A stretch of 32,488 nt of DNA from a virus (taxonomy: Duplodnaviria; Heunggongvirae; Uroviricota; Caudoviricetes), in IMG/VR virus record IMGVR_UViG_2778261354_000015. One strand, written 5' to 3'. This document shows, piece after piece, positions 18,279-26,457 of this stretch; the stretch's first letter is position 1; the number at the start of each line of letters is the position of its first letter. The position numbers were made by a program, and so were the translations under genes. The notes beneath the pieces are model-generated. The model did no database searches, was not told the DNA's origin, and saw only the letters and a program-made list of their open reading frames with translations.

Positions 18279-19187
18279 ATGCCGATTATCGACCTGAACC
18301 AGCTACCCGCACCGGATGTGGTCGAGGAGCTGGACTTTGAAACCATTCTCGCTGAACGCAAGGCGACACTGATTTCCCTTTACCCGGAAGACCAGCAGGA
18401 GGCGGTCGCCCGTACCCTGACGCTGGAATCTGAGCCTCTCGTCAAACTGCTGGAGGAAAATGCTTATCGTGAGCTTATCTGGCGTCAGCGTGTGAATGAG
18501 GCCGCACGGGCGGTGATGCTGGCCTGTGCCGCCGGTAATGACCTTGATGTGATTGGTGCCAATTACAACACCACGCGCCTGATTATCACCCCGGAAGATG
18601 ATTCGACCATTCCGCCGACACCGGCAGTGATGGAATCTGACACCGATTATCGTCTGCGTATTCAGCAGGCGTTTGAAGGTTTAAGCGTCGCCGGGTCGGT
18701 GGGTGCCTATCAGTATCATGGCCGCAGTGCCGACGGGCGTGTTGCGGATATCTCTGTCACCAGTCCGTCTCCGGCCTGTGTCACCATCTCTGTGCTGTCA
18801 CGTGAAAATAACGGTGTGGCATCCGAAGACCTGCTGGCCGTGGTGCGTAACGCCCTTAATGGCGAGGACGTCAGGCCGGTGGCCGACCGCGTGACCGTGC
18901 AGTCTGCCGACATCGTTGAATACCAGATAAACGCCACGCTGTATCTTTACCCTGGTCCCGAAAGCGAACCCATTCGCGCTGCCGCCGTGAAAAAACTGGA
19001 AGCGTATATCACGGCACAGCACCGGCTGGGGCGCGACATCCGTCTGTCTGCCATTTATGCCGCTTTGCATGTGGAAGGCGTGCAGCGTGTCGAACTGGCT
19101 GCACCGCTGGCCGACATCGTGCTCAACAATACGCAGGCGTCTTTCTGTACCGAATACAGCGTCGTGACCGGAGGCTCGGATGAGTGA
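18279..19187 (+). CDS. J: Baseplate protein J
   Basis: 302 aa, matches P2 gpJ. Confidence 0.93.
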   Translation: MPIIDLNQLPAPDVVEELDFETILAERKATLISLYPEDQQEAVARTLTLESEPLVKLLEENAYRELIWRQRVNEAARAVMLACAAGNDLDVIGANYNTTRLIITPEDDSTIPPTPAVMESDTDYRLRIQQAFEGLSVAGSVGAYQYHGRSADGRVADISVTSPSPACVTISVLSRENNGVASEDLLAVVRNALNGEDVRPVADRVTVQSADIVEYQINATLYLYPGPESEPIRAAAVKKLEAYITAQHRLGRDIRLSAIYAALHVEGVQRVELAAPLADIVLNNTQASFCTEYSVVTGGSDE

Positions 19188-19710
19188 TTCGCGACTGCTG
19201 CCGACCGGCTCATCACCGCTTGAAGTTGCTGCCGCAAAAGCCTGTGCGGAAATTGAAAAAACGCCGGTCAGGATTCGTGAGCTGTGGAACCCGGACACCT
19301 GCCCGGTAAATTTGCTGCCGTGGCTGGCGTGGGCGTTTTCGGTCGACAGGTGGGATGAAAAGTGGCCGGAAGCGACAAAACGCGCCGTTATCCGCGATGC
19401 CTATTTCATCCACTGTCATAAGGGCACTATAGGTGCAATCCGGCGTGTGGTGGAGCCGCTCGGCTATCTCATCAACGTGACGGAGTGGTGGGAAAACAGT
19501 GACCCGCCCGGCACCTTCCGGCTTGATATTGGTGTACTGGAAAGCGGTATCACAGAGGCAATGTATCAGGAAATGGAACGGCTGATTGCTGATGCCAAAC
19601 CTGCAAGCCGCCACCTTATTGGTCTGAACATTACCCGGGACATTCCCGGCTACCTGTTCGTCGGTGGTGTGGCTTATGACGGCGATGTAATTACGGTTTA
19701 CCCCGGATAA
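19180..19710 (+). CDS. I: Baseplate protein I
   Basis: 176 aa, matches P2 gpI. Confidence 0.93.
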   Translation: MSDSRLLPTGSSPLEVAAAKACAEIEKTPVRIRELWNPDTCPVNLLPWLAWAFSVDRWDEKWPEATKRAVIRDAYFIHCHKGTIGAIRRVVEPLGYLINVTEWWENSDPPGTFRLDIGVLESGITEAMYQEMERLIADAKPASRHLIGLNITRDIPGYLFVGGVAYDGDVITVYPG

Positions 19711-19720
19711 GTGAGGAATA

Positions 19721-21838
19721 ATGAGCACAAAATTCAGAACCGTTATCACCACTGCCGGTGCAGCAAAGCTGGCAGCGGCAACCGCGCCGGGAGGGCGGAA
19801 GGTCAACATTACCACGATGGCCGTCGGGGATGGCGGTGGTAAATTGCCTGTCCCGGATGCCGGACAGACCGGGCTTATCCACGAAGTCTGGCGACATGCG
19901 CTGAACAAAATCAGCCAGGACAAACGAAACAGTAATTATATTATCGCAGAGCTGGTTATTCCGCCGGAGGTGGGCGGTTTCTGGATGCGTGAGCTTGGCC
20001 TGTACGATGATGCTGGAACGTTAATTGCCGTGGCGAACATGGCCGAAAGTTATAAGCCAGCTCTTGCCGAAGGCTCAGGGCGTTCGCAGACCTGTCGCAT
20101 GGTCATCATCGTCAGCAGTGTGGCCTCAGTGGCGCTGACCATTGACACCACAACGGTGATGGCGACGCAGGATTACGTTGATGACAAAATTGCAGAGCAT
20201 GAACAGTCACGACGTCACCCGGACGCCTCGCTGACCGCAAAAGGTTTTACTCAGTTAAGCAATGCGACCAACAGCACGTCTGAAACACTGGCCGCAACGC
20301 CGAAAGCGGTTAAGGCCGCCTATGACCTGGCTAACGGGAAATACACTGCGCAGGATGCCACCACAGCGCGAAAAGGCCTTGTCCAGCTCAGTAGCGCCAC
20401 CAACAGCACGTCTGAAACGCTCGCCGCAACACCAAAAGCGGTAAAGGCAGCATATGACCTTGCTAACGGGAAATACACTGCACAGGACGCCACCACAGCG
20501 CGAAAAGGTCTTGTCCAGCTCAGTAGCGCCACCAACAGTGATTCTGAAACGCTGGCTGCAACACCAAAAGCGGTGAAGTCTGCCTATGACAATGCTGAAA
20601 AACGTCTTCAGAAAGATCAGAACGGTGCGGATATTCCTGATAAAGGACGCTTCCTGAGTAACATTAATGTTTACAGCAAAGGTGAAGTGGATAAGAAAAA
20701 GGGAATGCGAAAGTATTCGTTTGCAGCCCCTGCAAATGTCGTTGCCGGGAAGTGGTATCCCGTTATCTTTCGCCGTGCTGCCAGCCTTTCAGGAGAAATG
20801 GCATCCCGCGTCGTTATTTCCACTGGTTGTTATAACAGCGATTATGTAATGAATAACTGCGAGTTTAATGGCATGGTTATGCCCGGAGGCTGGACTGATC
20901 GTGGTTCATATGCGGCAGGTTATTTCTGGACGTATCAGACTAATGAGCGTTCAATTCATTCCATTGTTACAAGCCTGAAAGATGATGATGTATGTAGTGT
21001 TTTTTATGTTGAAGCCAGAGCTTTCCCTGTACAAATTCTTGCAGAGGAAGGGCTAACGGTTATTGTTCCGACAGAGGATTATGTCGTCGGTCAGACGACA
21101 TATAAGTGGGGGGCAACTAATCCCGCTACAGAAAGCACGAACGCGCAGGCTATTCTGGATTTTAAAAATGGGCGCGGTTATTACTGCTCACATCCATTTA
21201 TTTCCAGCCTTTCAGGAAATGCTGCAACAGCAACAAAGTTAGCGAACGCAAGAAATATTAATGGTGTCAGATTTGATGGCTCTGCCGATATAAATATTAA
21301 TACACTGGTTTCCAGAAACCGTGTTACTGCATTAGGTGGGAGCGTAAAGGGGACACCAGGTATTCAGATGTATGAGGCATACAACAATGGCTACCCAACA
21401 GCCTATGGTAATGTGCTTCATCTCACTGGTGTAACCGCAGTAGGAGAGGGTGAGTTACTTATTGGCTGGAGTGGAACCAGCGGTGCTCATGCTCCGGCAT
21501 ATATTCGCTCCCGACGAGATACCACAGATGCTAACTGGTCTGGATGGGCGCAACTATATACAACTGCTCATAAACCCTCAGCGGGAGATGTTGGTGCATA
21601 CACCAAAGCTGAGTCAGATTCACGTTATGTGAGAGACATGCGGCTGGGCGGTGCATCTACATATAAACCAGCAAATAATGGTATTACATGGACGCATCAG
21701 GCTCCGTCAGGTTGCGTATATACCGGCATTATTGTTCAGGATACCGGCTCAAACTCTGCCGATAACATTGGTGGCGTATATTACAGACCGGTGCAGAAAT
21801 ACATTAACGGGACATGGTATAACGTGGCGCAGGTATAA
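19721..21838 (+). CDS. H: Tail fiber protein (705 aa) with conserved N-terminus, internal fiber repeats and a divergent, lower-GC distal region
   Basis: N-terminal about 170 aa match P2 gpH. Three tandem copies of a roughly 43-aa fiber repeat follow. The distal part, from about 20640, looks AT-richer and differs from what I remember of P2 H. Confidence 0.9.
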   Translation: MSTKFRTVITTAGAAKLAAATAPGGRKVNITTMAVGDGGGKLPVPDAGQTGLIHEVWRHALNKISQDKRNSNYIIAELVIPPEVGGFWMRELGLYDDAGTLIAVANMAESYKPALAEGSGRSQTCRMVIIVSSVASVALTIDTTTVMATQDYVDDKIAEHEQSRRHPDASLTAKGFTQLSNATNSTSETLAATPKAVKAAYDLANGKYTAQDATTARKGLVQLSSATNSTSETLAATPKAVKAAYDLANGKYTAQDATTARKGLVQLSSATNSDSETLAATPKAVKSAYDNAEKRLQKDQNGADIPDKGRFLSNINVYSKGEVDKKKGMRKYSFAAPANVVAGKWYPVIFRRAASLSGEMASRVVISTGCYNSDYVMNNCEFNGMVMPGGWTDRGSYAAGYFWTYQTNERSIHSIVTSLKDDDVCSVFYVEARAFPVQILAEEGLTVIVPTEDYVVGQTTYKWGATNPATESTNAQAILDFKNGRGYYCSHPFISSLSGNAATATKLANARNINGVRFDGSADININTLVSRNRVTALGGSVKGTPGIQMYEAYNNGYPTAYGNVLHLTGVTAVGEGELLIGWSGTSGAHAPAYIRSRRDTTDANWSGWAQLYTTAHKPSAGDVGAYTKAESDSRYVRDMRLGGASTYKPANNGITWTHQAPSGCVYTGIIVQDTGSNSADNIGGVYYRPVQKYINGTWYNVAQV
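20240..20593 (+). repeat. Tandem 129-bp repeat (about 2.7 copies) inside tail fiber gene H
   Basis: Units start near 20240, 20372 and 20501. Each encodes K/GxxQLSxATNSTSETLAATPKAVKAAYDLANGKYTAQDATTAR, and the third copy is truncated and diverged. Confidence 0.85.
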
Positions 21839-21841
21839 TTT

Positions 21842-22369
21842 ATGCAGCATTTAAAAAATATTACGGCGGGTAATCCAAAAACGGTTGAACAATATCAATT
21901 GACAAAGGACTTTGATGTTGTCTGGTTTTTTTCAGAAGATGGTAAGAACTGGTACGAAGAACAAAAGTATTTTGCTGATGACACGATAAAAATAGCGTAC
22001 GACAAAGATAATATTATCCGCTATGTGGAAAAGGATGTGACAGCTATCAGACCGGATGGATTAAGTGTGGTTGAAGTGGCGGATATTACTGCTAACCGAC
22101 GGGCGGACATTTCAGGGAACTGGATGTTTAAGGATGGCAAAGTGATTAAACGCATTTATACGGCAGAGGAATTGCAGCAGCAGGCAGAAAACCGGAAAGC
22201 TAGACTTCTTGCAGATGCTGAATCCGTGATTTTGCCGCTGGAGCGCGCTGTCAGGTTGAACATGGCAACAGAGGAGGAGCGCACACGGCTGGAGGCTTGG
22301 GAACGCTACAGCGTTGTGGTCAGTCGTGTGGATCCTGCAAATCCTGAATGGCCGGAAATGCCGCAATAA
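21842..22369 (+). CDS. G: Tail fiber assembly chaperone
   Basis: 175 aa, matches P2 gpG. Immediately downstream of H. Confidence 0.92.
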   Translation: MQHLKNITAGNPKTVEQYQLTKDFDVVWFFSEDGKNWYEEQKYFADDTIKIAYDKDNIIRYVEKDVTAIRPDGLSVVEVADITANRRADISGNWMFKDGKVIKRIYTAEELQQQAENRKARLLADAESVILPLERAVRLNMATEEERTRLEAWERYSVVVSRVDPANPEWPEMPQ

Positions 22370-22555
22370 GTTGTATGAACTCTGGTGTGAGCTTACATAT
22401 CTATGGCACAGAGTAAAGCCTAATCTGACAGTCCGCTCTGTGCCAGGAGCGGAAGTTGCCAAGAGAACTCTTGCAAAGGTATGATAACGTAGGTGCTAAA
22501 TAATCATGAACCATAATAAATTAAAGGTTTTTAAGTTAACTCTATGGCGTTTCTT

Positions 22556-22584
22556 TTGCATGATGATTTTTTATTTATTATATA
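22556..22584 (+). promoter_or_regulatory. Candidate sigma70 promoter of the cargo 2 operon
   Basis: -35 TTGCAT (22556..22561), 17-bp AT-rich spacer, -10 TATATA (22579..22584). RBS agagga at 22639..22644, 6 nt before the ATG at 22651. Confidence 0.5.
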
Positions 22585-22650
22585 AAGCTTAAATATACAT
22601 AATATTTAGCTTCATTTTTTTAGGTATTTTAAAGATTTAGAGGAATGTGA

Positions 22651-23586
22651 ATGGCTACTTATGCTTCTTATTTACCAGAATCACAAATTATCACTTTGTG
22701 CAAGGATTTCCCAGCGTTTACTGATCCTGAAAAATTAGATGGATTCATTAATCCAGAACAGTTTGGCGTGTTTTTTCATGAGTGGATTCATTTTCTTCAC
22801 AATATTTCCACAATTAATGGGTTTTCTATTTTTTGCACGCAAAACATCCTGTGGTCTAATTTTCGCTGGGCAATGGACAATCAGGATGTATGTCTTGGTT
22901 CAAATGACATGGATCCAGCACATATCGAATCAAACAAAAATTTTCTCAGTTACATTCGTTCCAATAGGAGTCTGCATAAATGTAACTTACCTTATTATGT
23001 AAAAGTAAACGACTTGTATTTTGAGGATGCAATAATCCATGACATGGAGGTTGCTGACGGTAGTGTTACATGTACATCATTAATAAAGTGTAGAATTTCT
23101 CATTCTGAAAACAAATACGATCTAGATTTAGGCGTGCTTGAAATACTTGAATCCGCAGCTTTTATGCTTGAATGTAAGTGTATTAATGCGATGAATGGCT
23201 TCCCTCAAGAGGCACCCTTTTATCCGTATCATACTATCAAAGGCTTAGCAGCGAAAATTGCTCCGTCATTAAATGATGAAGATATTATTTGTTGTATGTT
23301 AGCTTCTTTGCAATCTAATAACCCTCCCCAAGTATTATTCAATCTACTACATAAATGTGAATTATTACATTCTGATTGTAGGTATGAACATCTAGTGGCG
23401 GAGGTGAAAAAACAATTAAGCGAACAAGATCAAATAATAAGCGAGTCACTTAATCAAATAATTCAAATGATTCCTGTTGATGAACCGATGGGAAACTTTA
23501 TCAAGCTTACTCTTAACAGAATAAGTAACAATTTGAACTATAGAAAGCAAAAACCGTTTTTTGAGTTAGATATAATAAAAAAATAG
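22651..23586 (+). CDS. Uncharacterised cargo protein (311 aa) with HExxH motif; candidate defence component A
   Basis: Long ORF in an AT-rich island with a strong RBS. HEWIH at residues 43..47 (22777..22791) sits in a hydrophobic context like zincin metallopeptidase active sites. No similarity to any P2 backbone protein that I recognise. Confidence 0.6.
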   Translation: MATYASYLPESQIITLCKDFPAFTDPEKLDGFINPEQFGVFFHEWIHFLHNISTINGFSIFCTQNILWSNFRWAMDNQDVCLGSNDMDPAHIESNKNFLSYIRSNRSLHKCNLPYYVKVNDLYFEDAIIHDMEVADGSVTCTSLIKCRISHSENKYDLDLGVLEILESAAFMLECKCINAMNGFPQEAPFYPYHTIKGLAAKIAPSLNDEDIICCMLASLQSNNPPQVLFNLLHKCELLHSDCRYEHLVAEVKKQLSEQDQIISESLNQIIQMIPVDEPMGNFIKLTLNRISNNLNYRKQKPFFELDIIKK

Positions 23587-23603
23587 CAGAAAAAACTGAG
23601 TTT

Positions 23604-23993
23604 ATGAATGAAGTAATACAGAAATTCGGTGGTTGCACTATCATCCAGGTAAGACATGGAGATGATAATGAACCACAGCGTGATATTATGTATGACTTTT
23701 GCTTACCTGAAAATAATGATTCAATTTTATTTGGTTCGAAAATGCTACGCGCTTGTTTTCACTTTATATTTATTCACTTTAAACTTTCTGGTGAAATCAT
23801 GAAGACAGAAGAATTAAATATTTCGCCGCGTAATAAATGCCCATTTTATACTGTTTGCTGTGCATCAATTCGAGCTAATAATAGTAATATCTGCGCTGAA
23901 TCCCCTTGGAAATCAATGTCTATTGATGACAACAAAGGTTGTTATTATGCAGCAGCGATTAAAGCTACTAACCCACCAGTTTTGCCGGATTAA
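23604..23993 (+). CDS. Small cysteine-rich cargo protein (129 aa); candidate defence component B
   Basis: ORF 17 nt downstream of the previous gene on the same strand. Eight Cys residues, including a CC pair. The RBS is weak, so the start is uncertain. Same AT-rich island. Confidence 0.45.
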   Translation: MNEVIQKFGGCTIIQVRHGDDNEPQRDIMYDFCLPENNDSILFGSKMLRACFHFIFIHFKLSGEIMKTEELNISPRNKCPFYTVCCASIRANNSNICAESPWKSMSIDDNKGCYYAAAIKATNPPVLPD

Positions 23994-24127
23994 GAATAGT
24001 GTTCTTTCTGATAAATATAAAATATTTAAGGTCAGGTCTGCTTATCGCTCAAAGCAGACTGTCAGATTTGATAACGTTTGGGCTATGTAAACCGTCAGTT
24101 GGAAAATGAGTGAGTGCAAGTCAGGAC

Positions 24128-24155
24128 AGGCGGGCGGATTGCCCGCCTTTTCTTT
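24128..24155 (+). terminator. Rho-independent terminator closing the cargo 2 operon
   Basis: Stem aggcgggc (24128..24135), loop ggatt, stem gcccgcct (24141..24148), followed by ttttcttt. Confidence 0.75.
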
Positions 24156-24251
24156 ATCTGTTGTTTCATCCACTGACCAGCCAGGTCAAATAGCGCCTCA
24201 TGCTCTGCACAACAGAAAATAGTTGCACCCATTAACCACGGAGTTAAACGG

Positions 24252-25442
24252 ATGAGTGACTATCATCACGGCGTGCAGGTGCTGGAGATTAACGACGGCA
24301 CACGCGTCATTTCCACCGTATCCACTGCCATTGTCGGCATGGTCTGCACGGCCAGCGATGCGGATGCGGAAACCTTCCCCCTCAATAAACCTGTGCTGAT
24401 TACCAATGTGCAGAGTGCAATTGCAAAGGCCGGTAAAAAAGGCACGCTGGCGGCATCGTTGCAGGCCATCGCTGACCAGTCAAAACCGGTCACCGTTGTC
24501 GTGCGCGTGGAAGACGGCACCGGTGATGACGAGGAAACGAAACTCGCGCAGACCGTTTCCAATATTATCGGCACCACTGACGAAAACGGTCAGTACACCG
24601 GACTGAAAGCCCTGCTGGCGGCGGAGTCGGTAACCGGTGTTAAACCGCGTATTCTTGGTGTGCCGGGGCTGGATACCAAAGAGGTGGCTGTTGCACTGGC
24701 ATCAGTCTGTCAGAAGCTGCGCGCTTTCGGATATATCAGCGCATGGGGCTGTAAGACCATTTCCGAGGTGAAAGCCTACCGCCAGAATTTCAGCCAGCGT
24801 GAGCTGATGGTCATCTGGCCGGATTTCCTCGCATGGGATACGGTCACCAGTACCACCGCCACCGCGCATGCCACCGCCCGTGCGCTGGGTCTGCGCGCTA
24901 AAATCGACCAGGAGCAGGGCTGGCATAAAACGCTGTCCAACGTTGGGGTAAACGGTGTTACCGGCATCAGCGCATCTGTATTCTGGGATTTGCAGGAGTC
25001 CGGCACCGATGCTGACCTGCTTAACGAGTCAGGCGTCACTACGCTGATTCGCCGTGACGGTTTCCGCTTCTGGGGTAACCGTACCTGCTCTGATGACCCG
25101 CTGTTCCTCTTTGAAAACTACACCCGCACCGCGCAGGTGCTGGCCGACACGATGGCTGAGGCGCACATGTGGGCGGTGGACAAGCCCATCACCGCAACGC
25201 TGATTCGCGACATCGTTGACGGCATCAATGCCAAATTCCGTGAGCTGAAAACAAACGGCTATATCGTGGATGCGACCTGCTGGTTCAGCGAAGAATCCAA
25301 CGATGCGGAAACCCTCAAGGCCGGAAAACTGTATATCGACTACGACTATACCCCGGTGCCTCCTCTCGAAAACCTGACCCTGCGCCAGCGTATTACCGAT
25401 AAATACCTGGCAAATCTGGTCACCTCGGTTAACAGCAATTAA
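24252..25442 (+). CDS. FI: Tail sheath protein
   Basis: 396 aa, matches P2 gpFI. Confidence 0.95.
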   Translation: MSDYHHGVQVLEINDGTRVISTVSTAIVGMVCTASDADAETFPLNKPVLITNVQSAIAKAGKKGTLAASLQAIADQSKPVTVVVRVEDGTGDDEETKLAQTVSNIIGTTDENGQYTGLKALLAAESVTGVKPRILGVPGLDTKEVAVALASVCQKLRAFGYISAWGCKTISEVKAYRQNFSQRELMVIWPDFLAWDTVTSTTATAHATARALGLRAKIDQEQGWHKTLSNVGVNGVTGISASVFWDLQESGTDADLLNESGVTTLIRRDGFRFWGNRTCSDDPLFLFENYTRTAQVLADTMAEAHMWAVDKPITATLIRDIVDGINAKFRELKTNGYIVDATCWFSEESNDAETLKAGKLYIDYDYTPVPPLENLTLRQRITDKYLANLVTSVNSN

Positions 25443-25454
25443 GGAGCCTGACCG

Positions 25455-25973
25455 ATGGCAATGCCGCGCAAACTCAAGTTAATGAACGTCTTTCTGAACG
25501 GCTACAGCTATCAGGGCGTTGCAAAGTCCGTCACGCTGCCAAAACTGACCCGTAAGCTCGAAAACTATCGCGGTGCGGGGATGAACGGCAGCGCACCGGT
25601 AGACCTCGGCCTTGATGACGATGCACTGTCAATGGAGTGGTCGCTCGGGGGCTTCCCGGATTCGGTTATCTGGGAGCTTTACGCCGCAACCGGTGTGGAT
25701 GCTGTGCCGATTCGTTTTGCAGGCTCTTACCAGCGCGACGATACCGGCGAAACGGTGGCCGTCGAGGTGGTCATGCGTGGACGTCAGAAAGAAATCGACA
25801 CCGGCGAGGGGAAACAGGGAGAAGACACCGAGTCGAAAATCTCCGTGGTCTGCACCTATTTCCGGCTGACGATGGACGGTAAGGAGCTGGTCGAAATCGA
25901 CACCATCAACATGATTGAGAAGGTGAACGGCGTCGACCGGCTGGAGCAACACCGCCGCAATATCGGCCTGTGA
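25455..25973 (+). CDS. FII: Tail tube protein
   Basis: 172 aa, matches P2 gpFII. Confidence 0.95.
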   Translation: MAMPRKLKLMNVFLNGYSYQGVAKSVTLPKLTRKLENYRGAGMNGSAPVDLGLDDDALSMEWSLGGFPDSVIWELYAATGVDAVPIRFAGSYQRDDTGETVAVEVVMRGRQKEIDTGEGKQGEDTESKISVVCTYFRLTMDGKELVEIDTINMIEKVNGVDRLEQHRRNIGL

Positions 25974-26029
25974 TTTTCATCCGGTCAGCCAGGCTGACCG
26001 GTTACCCCCTATTCAGAAGTGAGAAAACC

Positions 26030-26305
26030 ATGAACAAAGAAAATGTCATTACCCTGGACAATCCGGTCAAACGTGGTGAGCAGGTTATCGAACAGGTCAC
26101 GCTGATGAAACCTAACGCCGGGACGCTGCGCGGTGTCAGTCTGGCTGCGGTTGCAAACTCCGAAGTCGATGCACTGATTAAAGTGCTGCCGCGCATGACG
26201 GCACCGATGCTGACCGAGCAGGAAGTCGCCGCGCTGGAACTGCCTGACCTTGTGGCGCTGGCCGGTAAGGTGGTCGGTTTTTTGTCGCCGAACTCGGTGC
26301 AGTGA
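26030..26305 (+). CDS. E: Tail assembly chaperone E
   Basis: 91 aa from MNKENVITLDNP, matching P2 gpE. The ORF-track start at 25970 is an over-extension. Confidence 0.9.
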   Translation: MNKENVITLDNPVKRGEQVIEQVTLMKPNAGTLRGVSLAAVANSEVDALIKVLPRMTAPMLTEQEVAALELPDLVALAGKVVGFLSPNSVQ

Positions 26306-26457
26306 CGTTCCCGAAAAATCTCTCGGTCGATGACCTGATGGCGGATGTGGCAGTGATATTTCACTGGCCGCCATCAGAACTGTATCCCATGAGCCTGACC
26401 GAACTCATCACATGGCGCGAAAAGGCGCTCCGGCGAAGCGGAAACACGAATGAGTAA
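26030..26457 (+). CDS. Tail assembly chaperone E+E' (programmed -1 frameshift product)
   Basis: Slippery run T TTT TTG at 26278..26284 near the 3' end of E. The -1 frame stays open for 59 codons (FFVAELGAVTFPKNLSVDDLMADVAVIFHWPPSELYPMSLTELITWREKALRRSGNTNE) to a TAA at 26455..26457, overlapping the T start. This is the conserved arrangement in P2-like and lambda-like tail chaperones. Confidence 0.8.

Noticed and set aside
20240-20593. Tandem 129-bp repeats inside H as a possible novel repeat array
   Set aside because: They encode the conserved phage tail-fiber repeat motif (..ATNSTSETLAATPKAVK..) typical of P2/T4-type fibers, not a CRISPR or other non-coding array. Kept only as part of the fiber mosaic observation.
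22739-23002. 87-aa alternate-frame ORF inside cargo gene A
   Set aside because: Phe/Ile/Leu-rich product from an AT-rich region in an overlapping frame. The 311-aa frame with a strong RBS is preferred.
23860-24090. 76-aa ORF overlapping the 3' end of cargo gene B
   Set aside because: Overlapping alternate frame without an RBS. Cannot be excluded, but a single 129-aa gene ending before the terminator is simpler.
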